Shown: positions 33,382-47,819, counted from the stretch's first letter. The stretch is 64,000 nt of DNA from an uncultured Pelagibacteraceae bacterium (GCA_902629535.1 CACORD010000001.1:37928-101927); one strand, 5' to 3'. Program-made: numbers and translations. Notes: generated by a model from the sequence alone, not told the origin.

Positions 33382-34091
33382 TATTTTTTCTTTTTATCTG
33401 GAGTTTTTTTAGCTTGTTCTGCTGCTTTAATTTTTTCATCCGTTGTTAATTTACTTATATTCTTAACTGAACCTTTGACTAATACTTCTGAGTTTTTTGA
33501 GCCTGGTATTGATCCTTTTAGGTAAAGCAATTCATTATCTAGGTCTGTTTTGATAATCTCAATATTTTGCATAGTCCGTAATTTATCACCCATATGACCA
33601 GCCATTTTTTTCCCTTTAAATACTTTACCAGGATCTTGTCTTTGACCAGTTGAACCATGTGATCTGTGAGATATTGATACGCCATGTGTAGCTCTCAAAC
33701 CTCCGAAATTATGTCTTTTCATTGCACCAGCAAAACCTTTTCCAATAGTTTTTGATTTTGTATCTACAAATTTAATATCTTTAAAAATTTCTAAACCAAA
33801 TTCATTACCCTCTTTAAATTCTTCCAAGTTTTCGACTCTAAACTCTTTTAATTTCTTCTTAGCTTCAGTATTTTTTTTAGAAAAGTAACCCTTCATAGCC
33901 TTAGATAGTTTGGAGCTTTTTATTTTGCCATATCCTAATTGAACGGCCTTATATCCTCTTTTTTCTGTATCAATTATCTGGATAACTCTTGCTTTTTCCA
34001 TTTTCAAGACAGTTACAGGAACTAATTGACCTGTTTTGTAAAACTCTCTAGTCATACCTATTTTTTTTCCAATTAAAGCAATTTTATTCAT
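33381..34091 (-). CDS. rplC: 50S ribosomal protein L3
   Basis: GKKIGMT, GKGFAG and GKKMAGHMG. Confidence 0.98.
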   Translation of the reverse strand: MNKIALIGKKIGMTREFYKTGQLVPVTVLKMEKARVIQIIDTEKRGYKAVQLGYGKIKSSKLSKAMKGYFSKKNTEAKKKLKEFRVENLEEFKEGNEFGLEIFKDIKFVDTKSKTIGKGFAGAMKRHNFGGLRATHGVSISHRSHGSTGQRQDPGKVFKGKKMAGHMGDKLRTMQNIEIIKTDLDNELLYLKGSIPGSKNSEVLVKGSVKNISKLTTDEKIKAAEQAKKTPDKKKK

Positions 34092-34093
34092 AT

Positions 34094-34402
34094 CTAAATT
34101 TTTATCTCCACATCAACACCTGAAGCTAAATCTAATTTCATCAAAGCCTCTACAGTCTGGGGTGTTGGTTCTACAATATCTATTAATCTTTTATGAGTTC
34201 GTGATTCAAATTGTTCTCTACTTTTTTTATCAATGTGAGGTGATCTTAAAACTGTATATCTTTCTATTTTTGTAGGTAAAGGAATTGGTCCCTTGATAGT
34301 TGCACCTGTTCTTTTAACTGTGTTTACTATTTCTTCAGTAGATGCATCTAAAACTTTATTATCGTAAGCTCTTAATTTAATTCTAATATTTTGCTTTTCC
34401 AT
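34094..34402 (-). CDS. rpsJ: 30S ribosomal protein S10
   Basis: [16 protein letters not shown] and SREQFE; start at MEKQN. Confidence 0.98.
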   Translation of the reverse strand: MEKQNIRIKLRAYDNKVLDASTEEIVNTVKRTGATIKGPIPLPTKIERYTVLRSPHIDKKSREQFESRTHKRLIDIVEPTPQTVEALMKLDLASGVDVEIKI

Positions 34403-34403
34403 A

Positions 34404-36482
34404 TTAACCTGCAATCTTTTTAGTTACTTCGTCTTGAACATTCTGAGGAACTTTTGAGTAATGGTCAAAGAACATTGAATATTGAGCTCTACCTTGAGAC
34501 ATTGATCTTAAACTATTTATATATCCAAACATATTTGCTAATGGTACCATTGCAGTTATAACTGTCGCATTACCTCTTTGCTCTTGGGTACTTATTTGGC
34601 CTCTTCTACTATTTAAATCACCAATAACATCGCCCATATAATCTTCCGGAGTTACTACCTCAACTCTCATCACGGGCTCTAACAATTTTAAACCACCTTT
34701 TGTACATGCTTCTTTAAAGCATGCTCTGCTTGCTAATTCAAAAGCCAACACACTTGAGTCTACATCATGATGTAATCCATCAATAATTGTAACCTTATAA
34801 TCAATCATTGGAAAACCCGCTAAAATTCCACCGTCAGATACTGTCTCTATACCTTTTTCAACACCAGGAATAAATTCTTTTGGAATTGCTCCACCTTTAA
34901 TCTTACTTTCAACTTCTCTACCTTTTCCAGCTTCCTGTGGTTCTACTAATAATTTTACTTTCGCAAATTGACCAGCTCCACCACTTTGTTTTTTATGAGT
35001 ATATTCAACCTCTGATGAGTTTTCTATTGTTTCTCTGTAGGCAACCTGTGGTGCTCCAACATTAGCTTCAACTTTAAATTCTCTTTTCATTCTATCAACA
35101 ATAATATCTAAGTGTAATTCACCCATACCTTTAATGATTGTTTGACCAGATTCCTCATCAGAAGTTACTCTAAATGATGGATCTTCCTTAGCTAATCTGC
35201 CTAAAGCTTCACCCATTTTTTCCTGGTCTGCTTTAGTTTTTGGTTCTACCGCAATTTCAATTACAGGATCAGGAAATTCCATTGGTTCTAACAAAACTCC
35301 ATTTTCTTTGTTACATAAGGTGTGACCAGTTATCGTATTTTTTAAACCTGCTAATGCCACGATATCTCCAGCATTAGCCTCTTTAATATCCTCTCTTGAG
35401 TTAGCATGCATCAATAGCATTCTTCCAACTCTCTCTTCTTTTTCTTTTGATGAATTATACACTGCGGTACCTGTTTTAATTGTGCCAGAATAAACTCTTA
35501 TAAAAGTTAAAGACCCTACAAATGGGTCATTAGCAACTTTAAATGCAAGAGCTGAAAATGGAGCATTGTCCTCAAATTTCATCTCCATTTCTTCTTCACT
35601 GCCTAATTTAGTCCCTTTTATTGATCCAATATCAACTGGGCTAGGTAAATAATTGACTACTGCATCTAATAAAGGCTGAACTCCTTTATTTTTAAAGGCT
35701 GAACCAGTCATTACAGGAACAAAACTAAAATCTAAAGTCCCTTTTCTAATGCATCTTATTAGATCTTCTTCCTTGATCTCATCACCATTCAAATAAGACT
35801 CCATCAATTTTTCATCTTGTTCAACAGCGGCCTCTACTAACTCAGTTCTATATTTTTGTGTAATTTCTTTCAAATCATCTGGGATATCTTTGTACTCCCA
35901 TTCAGCACCTAAGGCTTCATTTTTCCAGACTTGAGCTTTCATTTTAACTAAGTCCACTACACCTGTTAAGGAAGCTTCTATGCCAATTGGTACCTGTATT
36001 ACTAATGGTTTAGCGCCCAATCTATCTCTAATCATGTCAACACATCTAAAAAAATCAGCACCTGTTCTATCGAGTTTATTAACAAAACAAATCCTTGGAA
36101 CTTTATATTTATCTGCTTGTCGCCATACTGTTTCAGACTGAGGTTCTACTCCTGCAACACCATCAAATACTGCTACAGCTCCATCTAGAACTTTTAGAGA
36201 TCTTTCTACTTCAATAGTAAAATCAACGTGGCCAGGTGTATCAATAATATTTATTCTATGATCTTGCCAGAAACATGTTGTAGCTGCAGATGTAATTGTA
36301 ATTCCTCTTTCTTGTTCTTGTTCCATCCAATCCATGGTTGCAGCTCCATCATGAACCTCACCAATTTTATGACTTTTACCTGTGTAATATAAAATTCTTT
36401 CAGTTGTAGTTGTTTTACCGGCATCAATGTGGGCCATAATACCAATATTTCTATATTTATCTAATTTGTGTGTTCTAGGCAT
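34404..36482 (-). CDS. fusA: Elongation factor G
   Basis: [17 protein letters not shown] and GMGELHL. Confidence 0.99.
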   Translation of the reverse strand: MPRTHKLDKYRNIGIMAHIDAGKTTTTERILYYTGKSHKIGEVHDGAATMDWMEQEQERGITITSAATTCFWQDHRINIIDTPGHVDFTIEVERSLKVLDGAVAVFDGVAGVEPQSETVWRQADKYKVPRICFVNKLDRTGADFFRCVDMIRDRLGAKPLVIQVPIGIEASLTGVVDLVKMKAQVWKNEALGAEWEYKDIPDDLKEITQKYRTELVEAAVEQDEKLMESYLNGDEIKEEDLIRCIRKGTLDFSFVPVMTGSAFKNKGVQPLLDAVVNYLPSPVDIGSIKGTKLGSEEEMEMKFEDNAPFSALAFKVANDPFVGSLTFIRVYSGTIKTGTAVYNSSKEKEERVGRMLLMHANSREDIKEANAGDIVALAGLKNTITGHTLCNKENGVLLEPMEFPDPVIEIAVEPKTKADQEKMGEALGRLAKEDPSFRVTSDEESGQTIIKGMGELHLDIIVDRMKREFKVEANVGAPQVAYRETIENSSEVEYTHKKQSGGAGQFAKVKLLVEPQEAGKGREVESKIKGGAIPKEFIPGVEKGIETVSDGGILAGFPMIDYKVTIIDGLHHDVDSSVLAFELASRACFKEACTKGGLKLLEPVMRVEVVTPEDYMGDVIGDLNSRRGQISTQEQRGNATVITAMVPLANMFGYINSLRSMSQGRAQYSMFFDHYSKVPQNVQDEVTKKIAG

Positions 36483-36488
36483 AATTTA

Positions 36489-36959
36489 TTACCATCTAAA
36501 ATGCGCAAAAGCTTTGTTTGACTCAGCCATTTTATGCACATCCTCTTTTTTTTTAACAGCGGCTCCTTTTTTTTCATAAGCATCAAATAGTTCATTGAAA
36601 ATCTTATCTGACATATGTTTATCTTTTCTTTTTCTTGCAGAATCTATCAACCATCTAATAGCCAAAGCTTGTGCTCTCTTACTTTTAACTTCTACAGGAA
36701 CTTGATATGTTGCTCCACCAACACGTCTTGATCTAACTTCAACAGTAGGTTTAATGTTATTGATTGCCTCGTTAAAAACGTTAATTGGTTCATCTTTAGA
36801 TTTAGTTTTAATCTTTTCAATTGCATCATAAACGATTTTAGCAGCAATACCTCTTTTTCCATCATACATAATATTATTGATAAGTTTTGGAATTATAGTT
36901 GAATTAAATTTTGGATCAGGAATAATTTCTTTTTTTGGTTGAGATTTTTTTCTAGACAT
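36489..36959 (-). CDS. rpsG: 30S ribosomal protein S7
   Basis: RRVGGATYQVP and NKAFAHFRW. Confidence 0.99.
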   Translation of the reverse strand: MSRKKSQPKKEIIPDPKFNSTIIPKLINNIMYDGKRGIAAKIVYDAIEKIKTKSKDEPINVFNEAINNIKPTVEVRSRRVGGATYQVPVEVKSKRAQALAIRWLIDSARKRKDKHMSDKIFNELFDAYEKKGAAVKKKEDVHKMAESNKAFAHFRW

Positions 36960-36961
36960 AA

Positions 36962-37333
36962 TTATTTACCTTTTTTTGTTCCATACAAAGATCTTCTTTT
37001 TTTTCTATTTGCAACACCTTGAGTGTCAAGGTTTCCCCTAAGAATATGATATCTTACACCTGGCAAATCTTTTACTCTCCCGCCCCTAATTAGAACTACA
37101 GAGTGCTCTTGTAAATTATGTCCCTCACCTGGAATATACGCTGTTACCTCAAAACCATTTGATAATCTTACACGTGCAACTTTTCTTAAAGCAGAATTTG
37201 GTTTTTTTGGGGTTGTTGTATAAACTTTAACACAAACTCCTCTTTTCAAAGGTTGTTTTTGCAAAGCAGGAACTTTGTTCCGCTTAACTTGCTTCACTCT
37301 CTTTTTTTTTAACAATTGGTTTATTGTTGGCAT
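36962..37333 (-). CDS. rpsL: 30S ribosomal protein S12
   Basis: [10 protein letters not shown] and [10 protein letters not shown]. Confidence 0.99.
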   Translation of the reverse strand: MPTINQLLKKKRVKQVKRNKVPALQKQPLKRGVCVKVYTTTPKKPNSALRKVARVRLSNGFEVTAYIPGEGHNLQEHSVVLIRGGRVKDLPGVRYHILRGNLDTQGVANRKKRRSLYGTKKGK

Positions 37334-37493
37334 AAAATTTAAATAAAATATATTTTTGATGAAATAACTGACAGGTTATTCATGGCAGCGTTTAGTACAT
37401 TCAGTTAGTACTACATTCCAACCAAAAACACCGACAAAATACTTAATAATCTAACTTTGTCAAACTAAAACCAATGATTTAGGGTGGTATTTT

Positions 37494-40400
37494 TTATTGA
37501 TTTGCCTGGTTTTCTGAGCCTTCGATTTGCTCTTGCTCAGATAAAAATTTATTATCGTCTTCCAGAGCTTTTTTGTTCCATCTGTTTTTAATATTACCTG
37601 TGCCAGCTGGTACTAATCTTCCAACAATCACATTTTCTTTTAGTCCATTTAAAGGATCAATTTTACCTTTAATAGCTGCATCAGTTAATACTCTTGTTGT
37701 TTCTTGGAATGATGCTGCAGAAATAAATGACTCAGTCTGTAATGATGCTTTTGTAATTCCCATGAGAACTCTTTCGCCCGTTGCTGGTGTCTTGTTGTCT
37801 TTTTTAAGTTTATCGTTCATATTTTCAAATTTAATTCGATCAACAATTTCTCCTGGTAAATACGAAGAGTCTCCTGATGATTTAACCTCAACTTTTTTAA
37901 GCATCTGTCTTAAAATAGTTTCAATATGCTTATCATTTATTATTACTCCTTGAAGTCTATAAACTTCCTGGACCTGGTTTACAAAATATTCAGTCAATTC
38001 TTTTATTCCCAATATTCTTAAAATATCATGTGGTAATGGTTGACCGTCGAGCAAGTATTCACCTTTTTTAATTTTTTCACCTTGATTAAAATTAATATGT
38101 TTACCTTTTGGAATTAAATAATTTGAAGGTTCATTACCATCCTCAGGAACTATAGAGACCCTTTGTTTACCCCTAACTTCTTTTCCAAATATAACTTGAC
38201 CATCGTTTTCAGCAATTATTGCGCTATCTTTTGCTTTTCTAGCTTCAAATAACTCAGCTACTCTTGGAAGACCTCCTGTAATATCTTTCGTTTTAGTTGT
38301 TTCTTTAGGAAGTCTTGCTACAACATCACCAGCAGAAACTTTTTGCCCATCTTTTACAGATAAAATTGAGTCTGGAACCAAATAATACCTTGCTTCATTA
38401 TCGTCAGCTTTTTTAATAACATTTCCTTTTTCATCTCTTAGTGTAATTCTTGGTTTAAGATCAGTGCTCTTCGATTGAGATCTCCAATCAACAACTGATT
38501 TAGATGATATACCTGTAGCATCGTCGATTGTTTCTTGAATAGAAACACCATCAATTAAGTCTACATAACTGACAATACCACTTTTTTCCGCTATAACAGG
38601 TGTAGTATAAGGATCCCATTCACAAATTTTTGTATTAGCTTTAATTTTATCATCATTTTTAAAAAATAACTTTGATCCATAAGCTACTTTGTAAACTGCA
38701 ACTTGAACTCCATTATCATCTTCAATAGATAACTGAGTGTTTCTTCCCATTACTATTAGGTTCTTTTTTGAGTCCTCTAAAATATTAGAATTAATTATTT
38801 TTAAGGTTCCCCCATTTTTTGTAACTATTTGTGAGTCTTGTTTTACTGATGCAGTTCCTCCAACGTGGAAAGTTCTCATTGTTAATTGTGTACCTGGTTC
38901 TCCAATTGATTGAGCAGATATCATTCCTATTGCCTCACCTACATGAACCATCTTTCCTCTTGATAAATCCCTTCCATAACAAGTAGCACATACGCCCTCT
39001 TTAGAACTGCAAGTCATAACTGAAAAAACATTTAAAGATTTTATTCCTGCTGCATCTATTTTATCACATCCAAACTCATCGATCATTGTTGATTTTTTTA
39101 TAATTATCTCACCTGTCAAAGGATGTTTTATATCCGACGCAGTAACTCTACCTAGAGCTCTTTCAGATAAACTAACAACAACATTTCCTCCCTCTAATAT
39201 TTCAGATAGTTCTATAAATCCTGGATTGTCACAATTTAATTTTGTAATAGTTAAATCTTGAGCAACGTCACAAAGTCTTCTAGTTAAATATCCAGAGCTT
39301 GCAGTTTTTAAAGCTGTATCAGCTAATCCTTTTCTTGCTCCATGAGTAGAGTTGAAATATTCAAGTGCTGTTAAACCCTCTTTAAAATTTGATGTAATTG
39401 GACTTTCAATAATTTCTCCGGATGGTTTTGCAATTAAACCTCTCATTCCTGCTAATTGCTTCATTTGAGCTGCTGAACCTCTTGCACCACTATCTGCCAT
39501 CATAAATACAGAATTAATCTTTAGACCCTCAGAAGTTTTTTCTGTAGCAGAAATACCTTTCATCATTTCACCAGCTACTCTATCAGTACATTTTGACCAA
39601 GCATCTACAACTTTGTTATATTTTTCACCTCTAGTGATTAAACCTTCTGCATACTGAGTCTCATAATCTGAAATAAGTTTTTTAGTATCGTCTATCAATT
39701 GAGTTTTGTTTTGTGGGATTACTAAATCATCCTTACCAAAAGAAATCCCAGCTTTAAATGCATGTTTGAAACCCAAATCTTTTAACTTATCGCAGAATAT
39801 TACAGTTGATTTTTGTCCACAAAATCTGAATACAATGTCAATAATTTCTGAAACAACTTTTTTTGGTAATAATCTATCTACTAAAGAAAATTTTATATCT
39901 TTATTTTTTGGCAATAAGTTTGCTAGTAAGAAACGTCCAGCTGTAGATGTGTATTTTTCGTATTTTTTATTACCTTTTTCGTCAACAGTTTCAAATCTTG
40001 AAACAATTGTACTATGAACCTTCAATTGACCTAAGGATAGAGCATACTCTATCTGATCTGCATTTAAAAAATATCCCATCGGTTTATCGGTCAAAGGTTC
40101 TTGTGATAAATAATAAATTCCTAATATCATATCTTGACTTGGAACAATTATAGGTTTTCCATTCGACGGTGATAAGATGTTATTAGTTGATAGCATTAAT
40201 ATTCTTGCTTCTAATTGAGCCTCTAAACTCAACGGAACATGTACAGCCATTTGATCTCCATCAAAATCAGCATTAAAAGCTGCACAAGTTAATGGATGGA
40301 GTTCTATCGCATCACCCTCAATTAATTTTGGTTCAAAAGCTTGCACACCTAATCTATGTAAAGTTGGCGCTCTATTTAACAAAACAGGATGCTCTCTTAC

Positions 40401-41657
40401 AATAAGTTCTAAAGCGTCCCATACAGCATTAGTTTCTTTTTCGACTAATTTTTTTGCTTGTTTAATTGTTGATGCTAAACCAAGTTTATTTAATCGAGCA
40501 TATAAAAATGGTTTAAATAACTCTAAAGCCATCTTTTTTGGTAATCCACACTCATGTAATTTAAGATCTGGGCCAACTACAATTACAGACCTTCCAGAAT
40601 AATCTACACGTTTTCCTAATAAATTTTGTCTAAATCTTCCTTGTTTACCTTTCAGCATTTCAGCTAAAGATTTTAATGGTCTCTTACCAGTCCCAGTTAT
40701 TACTCGACCTCTTCTTCCATTATCAAATAAAGCATCAACAGACTCTTGAAGCATTCTTTTTTCATTTCTAACAATAATATCAGGAGCTTTAAGATCCATT
40801 AATCTTTTCAAACGATTATTTCTGTTTATAACTCTTCTATATAAATCATTTAAATCTGAAGTCGCAAATCTACCACCATCAAGTGGAACTAAAGGTCTTA
40901 ACTCTGGTGGAATTACTGGTACCACTGTCATGATCATCCACTCTGGCTTTTGACCTGTTTCTATAAAAGACTCAATTAGTTTAAGTCTTTTAATAGCTCT
41001 TTCTTCATTTACTTTTGATTTTGTCTCTTTAATATAATTTATCAAATTTTTCTTTTCAGACTCTAAGTCTAAATTCTTTAACATCTCAAGGACTGCTTCT
41101 GCTCCGATTCCAGCAGAAAATGCTTCCTCACCAAATTCATCTTGATATTTTGCTAATTCTTCTTCATTTAAAAGTTGATTTTTTTTAAGACCTGTAAGAC
41201 CTGGCTCAATTACAATAAAATTTTCAAAGTATAAAACTCTTTCGATTTCCTTGAGTTTCATGTCTACTGCTAAAGCAATTCTACTTGGTAGTGACTTTAA
41301 GAACCAAATATGAGCAACAGGTGTTGCTAAATTTATATGACCCATTCTTTCTCTACGAACATTTGATTTTGTAACCTCAACACCACATTTTTCACAAATT
41401 ATTCCTCTAAATTTCATTCTCTTATATTTTCCACACAAGCATTCATAATCTTTTATAGGGCCAAATATTCTTGCACAAAATAGACCATCTTTTTCTGGTC
41501 TAAAAGTTCTATAATTAATCGTTTCTGGTTTTTTTATTTCACCATAAGTCCATGATTTTATTTTTTCTGGACTTGCTAAAGAAATCTTAATGCTACTAAA
41601 ATTTTGAGCTTCTGAAATTTCTGAATTTTTAAATAAATCTGTTAACTCTTTTTTCAT
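37494..41657 (-). CDS. rpoC: RNA polymerase beta' subunit
   Basis: NADFDGD active site and N-terminal Zn finger. Confidence 0.99.
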   Translation of the reverse strand: MKKELTDLFKNSEISEAQNFSSIKISLASPEKIKSWTYGEIKKPETINYRTFRPEKDGLFCARIFGPIKDYECLCGKYKRMKFRGIICEKCGVEVTKSNVRRERMGHINLATPVAHIWFLKSLPSRIALAVDMKLKEIERVLYFENFIVIEPGLTGLKKNQLLNEEELAKYQDEFGEEAFSAGIGAEAVLEMLKNLDLESEKKNLINYIKETKSKVNEERAIKRLKLIESFIETGQKPEWMIMTVVPVIPPELRPLVPLDGGRFATSDLNDLYRRVINRNNRLKRLMDLKAPDIIVRNEKRMLQESVDALFDNGRRGRVITGTGKRPLKSLAEMLKGKQGRFRQNLLGKRVDYSGRSVIVVGPDLKLHECGLPKKMALELFKPFLYARLNKLGLASTIKQAKKLVEKETNAVWDALELIVREHPVLLNRAPTLHRLGVQAFEPKLIEGDAIELHPLTCAAFNADFDGDQMAVHVPLSLEAQLEARILMLSTNNILSPSNGKPIIVPSQDMILGIYYLSQEPLTDKPMGYFLNADQIEYALSLGQLKVHSTIVSRFETVDEKGNKKYEKYTSTAGRFLLANLLPKNKDIKFSLVDRLLPKKVVSEIIDIVFRFCGQKSTVIFCDKLKDLGFKHAFKAGISFGKDDLVIPQNKTQLIDDTKKLISDYETQYAEGLITRGEKYNKVVDAWSKCTDRVAGEMMKGISATEKTSEGLKINSVFMMADSGARGSAAQMKQLAGMRGLIAKPSGEIIESPITSNFKEGLTALEYFNSTHGARKGLADTALKTASSGYLTRRLCDVAQDLTITKLNCDNPGFIELSEILEGGNVVVSLSERALGRVTASDIKHPLTGEIIIKKSTMIDEFGCDKIDAAGIKSLNVFSVMTCSSKEGVCATCYGRDLSRGKMVHVGEAIGMISAQSIGEPGTQLTMRTFHVGGTASVKQDSQIVTKNGGTLKIINSNILEDSKKNLIVMGRNTQLSIEDDNGVQVAVYKVAYGSKLFFKNDDKIKANTKICEWDPYTTPVIAEKSGIVSYVDLIDGVSIQETIDDATGISSKSVVDWRSQSKSTDLKPRITLRDEKGNVIKKADDNEARYYLVPDSILSVKDGQKVSAGDVVARLPKETTKTKDITGGLPRVAELFEARKAKDSAIIAENDGQVIFGKEVRGKQRVSIVPEDGNEPSNYLIPKGKHINFNQGEKIKKGEYLLDGQPLPHDILRILGIKELTEYFVNQVQEVYRLQGVIINDKHIETILRQMLKKVEVKSSGDSSYLPGEIVDRIKFENMNDKLKKDNKTPATGERVLMGITKASLQTESFISAASFQETTRVLTDAAIKGKIDPLNGLKENVIVGRLVPAGTGNIKNRWNKKALEDDNKFLSEQEQIEGSENQANQ

Positions 41658-41659
41658 AC

Positions 41660-44600
41660 CTAATTAAGCTCCACATTTAATGCTAAAGATTTAATCTCTT
41701 TAACTAATACGTTGAAAGACTCTGGTATACCAGACTCAAAATTTTCCTCTCCTTTGACTATCGTCTCGTAGACTTTAACACGTCCTGCAACATCATCAGA
41801 TTTTACTGTCAAAATTTCTTGTAATGTATATGAAGCTCCATAAGCCTCTAACGCCCAAACCTCCATTTCTCCAAATCTTTGACCACCTAATTGTGCTTTT
41901 CCACCTAAAGGTTGTTGAGTAACCAGTGAATAAGGACCTGTAGATCTTGCATGAATTTTATCCTCTACTAAATGATGTAATTTAAGCATATAAATAATTC
42001 CAACTGTAACTGGTCTATCAAATTTCTCTCCTGTTCTTCCATCCCATAAAAAGGTTTGACCAGACCCAGGTAATTTTGCCAACTCTAACATTTCAGTTAC
42101 ATCCTTTTCTTTAGCTCCATCAAATACTGGTGTAGAAATAGCTATCCCATTTTGAAGATTTTCACATAAATCCTCGAATTCAGTTTTGTTTAACTTATCA
42201 ACTTTTTGACTAAAAATATCCTCACCATAAACAGATCTTAAAAACTTTGAGATCTTTTCTGTTTTCTCAATTTTCTTATTATTTTCGTTGACTAAATTTT
42301 TAACTTGTTCTCCAAATTCTTTGCAAGCCCAGCCTAAATGGGTTTCCAATATTTGACCAACGTTCATACGACTTGGAACTCCGAGTGGATTCAATACTAT
42401 GTCAACAGGTCTTCCATCTTCTCTATAAGGCATATCCTCAACAGGTACAATTTTACTCACAACGCCTTTGTTTCCATGTCTACCAGACATTTTATCACCC
42501 GGTCTAAGTCTTCTTTTAATTGCAACAAAAACTTTAACCATCTTCATTACACTTGGTAAAAGATCATCTCCACTTCTAATTTTTAAAACTTTATCCTCAA
42601 ATCTTTCAGTTATATCTTGTTTTGCTTTATTATATTGGTCTTTAAGTTGATCAATTAATAAATCATTTTTTGAGTTCCCATCTGTAATTTTAAAAACTTC
42701 ATTAATTGATAAATTATTAATTATTTGAAAATCAAGTTTTGTTCCAACATCTAAATTTTTAATTTTTTTAGTCAACGAGGAACCAGTTAATATCTGCGAT
42801 GCTCTTTGTTTTATACTTCTCTCTAAAATTTCTTCTTCAACTATTTTGTCTTGTTGAACTTGATCAATTTCAGCTCGCTCAATTGTGATTGATCTTTCAT
42901 CTTTTTCTATACCATGTCTGTTGAACACTTTAACATCTACAACAGTACCACTGCTACCTCTGGACATTCTTAATGACGTATCTGTAACATCAATAGCTTT
43001 TTCACCAAATATAGATCGTAATAATTTTTCCTCAGGTCCAGATGCAGAGTCACCTTTAGGTGTAACTTTTCCAACTAAAATATCACCGGCATTCACCTCT
43101 GCACCGATATAAACTATTCCAGACTCATCTAAATTTTTTAAAGCTTCTTCATTTACATTAGGTATATCTCTGGTTATCTCTTCCTCTCCTAATTTTGTGT
43201 CTCTTGCCATTATTTCATACTCAACTATATGAACAGAGGTAAAAACATCATCAGTAACACATCTTTCTGAAATTAAAATTGAGTCTTCAAAATTGTATCC
43301 TTGCCAAGGCATAAACGCGACAGTAACATTTTTACCTAAAGCAAGCTCACCTAATCTTGTAGATGGGCCATCTGCAATAATATCTCCAATTTTAACTTTA
43401 TCACCCACTCGAACTAATGGTCTTTGATTTATACAAGTATTTTGGTTTGATCTTTTAAATTTTTGTAGATTATAAATATCTACACTTGATTTTGTAAAAT
43501 CAGTTTCCTCCGTGACTTTAACAACAATTCTTTTACCATCAATCTTATCAACAATACCATCCCTCTTTGCTACAATAGTTACGCCAGAGTCTAATGCTAC
43601 ATCACTTTCAATTCCTGTTCCAACTAAAGGTGCTTCAGGTTTCAATAACGGAACTGCTTGTCTCATCATGTTTGAACCCATTAAAGCTCTGTTAGCGTCA
43701 TCATTTTCTAAAAAAGGTATTAACGATGCTGCTACAGAAACTAATTGTTTAGGTGAAACATCAATAAAATCTATCGTTTCAGGTTTTGACAATAAAAAGT
43801 TTAAATTTTGTCGACATGAAACCAACTCTTCAACAATCTTATTATTTTTATCTAACTTAGTATTTGCTTGAGCTATAGTATACTTTGTCTCTTCCATTGC
43901 AGATAAATATTCAACTTTTTCTTGGACAACTCCGTCTTTAACTCTTTTGTAAGGGCTTTCTATAAATCCATACTTATTAATTTTTGCATAAGTTGATAGA
44001 CTATTTATTAGACCTATGTTTGGACCTTCGGGCGTTTCAATTGGACAGATCCTACCATAATGCGTTGGGTGGACGTCTCTGACTTCAAATCCAGCTCTTT
44101 CTCTAGTCAAGCCACCTGGTCCAAGAGCTGAAACTCTTCTCTTATGAGTAATTTCTGATAGTGGATTTGTCTGATCCATAAATTGAGATAATTGAGAGCT
44201 TGCAAAAAAATCTTTTAAAGAAACTGTTAATGGTTTTGCATTAATTAAATCTTGAGGCATTGCTGACTCAATATCTAGAGTTGTCATTTTTTCTTTGATA
44301 GCTCTCTCCATTCTATACACGCCAATTCGTGCTTGATTTTCAACTAATTCTCCGACAGATCGGACCCTTCTATTTCCTAAATGATCAATATCGTCAACAT
44401 CATCTTTACCATCTCTGAGATCTAACATTTTGTGGATTATGGACAAAATATCGTCATTTCTTAAAATTGTGATCTTATCAGAACATTCAAGATTTAATCT
44501 TGAGTTCATTTTAACTCTTCCTACATCAGAAAGGTCATATCTGTCTGAACTAAAAAACAAATTATTAAAAATTTGTGTAGCAATTTCAATCGTTGGTGGT

Positions 44601-45748
44601 TCTCCTGGCCGCAACATTTTATAAATTTCGGTAATAGCTTCATCTTTTGTATTATTTTTATCATTAAAAATTGTAGTTAAGAGATATCCACCTTTATTGA
44701 TAGAATTTGTAACTGAAATTTCTAAAGAATAAATCTTGGCTTCTAAAATTTGATTAATAATTGTATCATTTAACTCAGTACCTATTTTAAAAGTTCCATT
44801 TTCCTCATCGCTTATTTTTACATCGCTATGTAAAAATTTACCAAATAAAGACTCTTTAGAAACTAAAATATTTTTTAATCCGTCGTTTGCTAATTTTTTA
44901 GCATTAAGATAATTTATTTTATCACCCAATTTAATTACAACTTTTCCAGTATTTGCATCTACAACTTCTTCAGAGAAATTTTTCGCTTTATAATTTTCAG
45001 GATTAAATCTAGTCTTCCATTTTTGTTTTTCATTATCAAAGGTAAATTTTTCTTTTTCATAAAACTCATTCACTATGTCAGATTTTGTATAACCCAAAGC
45101 AAGCAATAGAGTTGACGCCAAGATTTTCTTCTTTCTGTCTATTTTAAAGTATAAAAAATCTTTTACATCATATTCAAAATCTAACCATGACCCCCTGTTA
45201 GGTATCACCCTGCAATTAAATAATAGCTTACCACTTGCATGAGTCTTGCCTTTATCATGATCAAAAAATACCCCTGGACTCCGATGCATTTGATTAACTA
45301 CAACTCTCTGAACTCCATTAGTTATAAATGTTCCACTATTAGTCATCATTGGAACTTCTCCCATGTAAACTTCTTGCTCTTTTGCTGAAAGAATATCTTT
45401 GGTGTTGTTTTCTTGATCAATTTCGTAAACAACTAATCTCAACGTACATTTTAACGCGGAAGAATAAGTTAATCCTCTAGCAATACATTCTTCAACATCA
45501 AACTTTGGTTTTTCTAATCTATAAGAAACATATTCTAATGTTGCTTTATCATTCAAATCTTCAATTGGGAAAATACTTTTGAAAACTCTATCAAATCCTT
45601 TGGTTAACTCTTTTTCAACAGTTTCAAAATCAGTTAATTCTTTATATGAATTTTTTTGAACTTCAATTAAATTAGGTATAGATAAACTCTCTTTAAGCTT
45701 ACCAAAACTTTTCCTAATATTTTTCTTTTCAGTAAAAGATATTTGCAT
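41660..45748 (-). CDS. rpoB: RNA polymerase beta subunit
   Basis: [22 protein letters not shown] and GGQRFGEME. Confidence 0.99.
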   Translation of the reverse strand: MQISFTEKKNIRKSFGKLKESLSIPNLIEVQKNSYKELTDFETVEKELTKGFDRVFKSIFPIEDLNDKATLEYVSYRLEKPKFDVEECIARGLTYSSALKCTLRLVVYEIDQENNTKDILSAKEQEVYMGEVPMMTNSGTFITNGVQRVVVNQMHRSPGVFFDHDKGKTHASGKLLFNCRVIPNRGSWLDFEYDVKDFLYFKIDRKKKILASTLLLALGYTKSDIVNEFYEKEKFTFDNEKQKWKTRFNPENYKAKNFSEEVVDANTGKVVIKLGDKINYLNAKKLANDGLKNILVSKESLFGKFLHSDVKISDEENGTFKIGTELNDTIINQILEAKIYSLEISVTNSINKGGYLLTTIFNDKNNTKDEAITEIYKMLRPGEPPTIEIATQIFNNLFFSSDRYDLSDVGRVKMNSRLNLECSDKITILRNDDILSIIHKMLDLRDGKDDVDDIDHLGNRRVRSVGELVENQARIGVYRMERAIKEKMTTLDIESAMPQDLINAKPLTVSLKDFFASSQLSQFMDQTNPLSEITHKRRVSALGPGGLTRERAGFEVRDVHPTHYGRICPIETPEGPNIGLINSLSTYAKINKYGFIESPYKRVKDGVVQEKVEYLSAMEETKYTIAQANTKLDKNNKIVEELVSCRQNLNFLLSKPETIDFIDVSPKQLVSVAASLIPFLENDDANRALMGSNMMRQAVPLLKPEAPLVGTGIESDVALDSGVTIVAKRDGIVDKIDGKRIVVKVTEETDFTKSSVDIYNLQKFKRSNQNTCINQRPLVRVGDKVKIGDIIADGPSTRLGELALGKNVTVAFMPWQGYNFEDSILISERCVTDDVFTSVHIVEYEIMARDTKLGEEEITRDIPNVNEEALKNLDESGIVYIGAEVNAGDILVGKVTPKGDSASGPEEKLLRSIFGEKAIDVTDTSLRMSRGSSGTVVDVKVFNRHGIEKDERSITIERAEIDQVQQDKIVEEEILERSIKQRASQILTGSSLTKKIKNLDVGTKLDFQIINNLSINEVFKITDGNSKNDLLIDQLKDQYNKAKQDITERFEDKVLKIRSGDDLLPSVMKMVKVFVAIKRRLRPGDKMSGRHGNKGVVSKIVPVEDMPYREDGRPVDIVLNPLGVPSRMNVGQILETHLGWACKEFGEQVKNLVNENNKKIEKTEKISKFLRSVYGEDIFSQKVDKLNKTEFEDLCENLQNGIAISTPVFDGAKEKDVTEMLELAKLPGSGQTFLWDGRTGEKFDRPVTVGIIYMLKLHHLVEDKIHARSTGPYSLVTQQPLGGKAQLGGQRFGEMEVWALEAYGASYTLQEILTVKSDDVAGRVKVYETIVKGEENFESGIPESFNVLVKEIKSLALNVELN

Positions 45749-45802
45749 TTATAAATAACACTGATTAATAAAATCAACCAGCATCTAAAAATCCTTATTA
45801 AT

Positions 45803-46168
45803 TTATTTAAGTTCTACTTTAGCGCCTGCAGCTTCTAACTTAGCTTTAATTTCCTCAGCCTCTTTTTTTGGAACACCTGCTTTAACTTCTTTTGGTGCAC
45901 CTTCTACTAAGTCTTTAGCTTCTTTAAGACCTAGAGATGTTGCGGCTCTTACTTCTTTGATAACATTAATTTTTTTATCACCTGCAGAAACAAGCATGAT
46001 TGTAAAATCATCTTTGTCTTCAGCTGCTGCTGCTGCACCTGCAGCTGCTGGAGCTGCTGCTGCCATAGGGGTTACTCCCCATTTTTCCTCCAATTGTTTC
46101 GAGAGGTCTGCTGCTTCCGCAACAGTTAAACTTGATAAATCTTCAATAATTTTATTTAGGTCGGGCAT
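45803..46168 (-). CDS. rplL: 50S ribosomal protein L7/L12
   Basis: Ala-rich hinge, KINVIKEVR and [10 protein letters not shown]. Confidence 0.98.
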   Translation of the reverse strand: MPDLNKIIEDLSSLTVAEAADLSKQLEEKWGVTPMAAAAPAAAGAAAAAEDKDDFTIMLVSAGDKKINVIKEVRAATSLGLKEAKDLVEGAPKEVKAGVPKKEAEEIKAKLEAAGAKVELK

Positions 46169-46171
46169 AAT

Positions 46172-46693
46172 CTACTCTTTAGGTTGTGTTTCAGAATTTT
46201 CTGGGGGTAAACTACTCATTTTTTCCGATCGTGCAAGCAAAATACTAACTAATTTTGAAGCAGAAGCATTCAAAATACCCACTATATTTGCTCTTGCCTC
46301 GTCTAATGTAGGTAAATTTGCTACATTTAACACACCTGCTTGGTCTAGAATCTCATTATCCATTAATCCACCAATTAATTTTAGATTCTCGTTATCTTTA
46401 GCAAATTTTGATAATATTCTTGCCGACATTATAGCATCTTCACCAAATGCTACTGCTGTAGGACCAGTAAATAAATTTGATAAATCTTTACATTTAGTTT
46501 TTTCTAAGGCTAATTTTGTAATTCTATTTTTCGTAATTTTAAAGATAATTCCATGTTCTCTCATTTTAGATCTTAGCTCATCTAATTGAGTCATAGTAAG
46601 ACCCTGATAATGAGTTACCATAACAGCTTTACTATTTTCAAATTTATTTGCCATTTCAGAAATATAATTCTTTTTTTGTTCTTTATTCATCAT
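46172..46693 (-). CDS. rplJ: 50S ribosomal protein L10
   Basis: YQGLT, KNRI, GPTAVAF and LPTLDE. Confidence 0.97.
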   Translation of the reverse strand: MMNKEQKKNYISEMANKFENSKAVMVTHYQGLTMTQLDELRSKMREHGIIFKITKNRITKLALEKTKCKDLSNLFTGPTAVAFGEDAIMSARILSKFAKDNENLKLIGGLMDNEILDQAGVLNVANLPTLDEARANIVGILNASASKLVSILLARSEKMSSLPPENSETQPKE

Positions 46694-46698
46694 AACAA

Positions 46699-47388
46699 TT
46701 ATATGTTTTTTATTAGTTTCAATTTGTATGAAACGCCCATTGTTGAAGTTATAAAAGCAGATTTTATTAAATCTCCTTTTACTGTATTGTTATTTTTCTC
46801 TTTTTCTAATGTATCTATTATTGCATTATAATTTTTAATCAATTGATCATCGTTAAAAGATTTTTTTCCTATACTTACACCAATGTTTCCATCTTTGTCA
46901 TTTCTAATTTCTGCTTGACCAGATTTTGCATCTGAAATTGCTGTTTTTAAATTTTCAGTTACTGATCCTAATTTTGGATTTGGCATCAATCCTTTAGGGC
47001 CCAATACTTTACCTAATTTCGAGAGCTTAATCATCATTGAAGGTGTACAAATTAATTTTTCAAAATTTAGTTCACCGCCTTTTATTTTTTCAATAAAATC
47101 ATCTCCACCAACTATATCTGCACCGGCATTTTTTGCTTCTGCGACTTTCGAATCTTCACATACTACCGCGACTTTTACTTTTTTACCTGTGCCACCTGGT
47201 AAATTGACAACTGTCCTAATGTTGATCTCATTTTTTTTTTGCTTATTGTTTATTTGGAAACTTAAATCAACTGACTCATCAAATTTTGTAGTACAGTTTT
47301 TTTTAATTTCTGAGATTAATTTTTCAATCACATTAGCTGGTAATTCAGACGTTTTTTCAGGTAATTTTTTAAATCTTTTTGAAGACAT
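46699..47388 (-). CDS. rplA: 50S ribosomal protein L1
   Basis: FDESVD, LGPKGLMPNPK and STMG. Confidence 0.98.
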   Translation of the reverse strand: MSSKRFKKLPEKTSELPANVIEKLISEIKKNCTTKFDESVDLSFQINNKQKKNEINIRTVVNLPGGTGKKVKVAVVCEDSKVAEAKNAGADIVGGDDFIEKIKGGELNFEKLICTPSMMIKLSKLGKVLGPKGLMPNPKLGSVTENLKTAISDAKSGQAEIRNDKDGNIGVSIGKKSFNDDQLIKNYNAIIDTLEKEKNNNTVKGDLIKSAFITSTMGVSYKLKLIKNI

Positions 47389-47819
47389 TATTCTTTTACC
47401 TCTATTCCCATTGATCTAGCTGAACCTGCGATTATTTTTGTAGCTTGTTCAAGATCAATAGCATTTAAGTCATTCATTTTTTGTTTTGCAATTTCCTCTG
47501 CTTGTTTTTTTGTTATAGATGCAACAATATTTCTACCAGGTTCGCTTGAACCACTTTTTAATTTTGCTGCCTCTCTAATAAAAAAAGAAGCTGGTGGTGA
47601 TTTTATTTTAAAGTCAAATTTTTTATCCTTATAGACTGTTATTTCAACTGGAACAGGTTTGCCAGCAAGTGATTTAGTTTTATCATTAAAAGCTTTACAA
47701 AATTCCATTATATTTACACCACGTTGACCTAATGCAGGTCCAACTGGCGGAGCTGGATTTGCTTGACCACCTTTGATTTGTAATTTTATAAACCCACTAA
47801 TTTCTTTTTTTGCAGCCAT
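47388..47819 (-). CDS. rplK: 50S ribosomal protein L11
   Basis: [12 protein letters not shown] and GSARSMG. Confidence 0.99.
   Translation of the reverse strand: MAAKKEISGFIKLQIKGGQANPAPPVGPALGQRGVNIMEFCKAFNDKTKSLAGKPVPVEITVYKDKKFDFKIKSPPASFFIREAAKLKSGSSEPGRNIVASITKKQAEEIAKQKMNDLNAIDLEQATKIIAGSARSMGIEVKE

Noticed and set aside
36962-45748. Resistance alleles in rpsL or rpoB
   Set aside because: PKKPNS and the rifampicin cluster ([18 protein letters not shown]) look wild type.
45957-46589. 210-aa + strand ORF and other antisense ORFs (e.g. 18796, 22550, 37573, 43512)
   Set aside because: They are antisense shadows of conserved genes, with no motifs or RBS; expected from codon bias.
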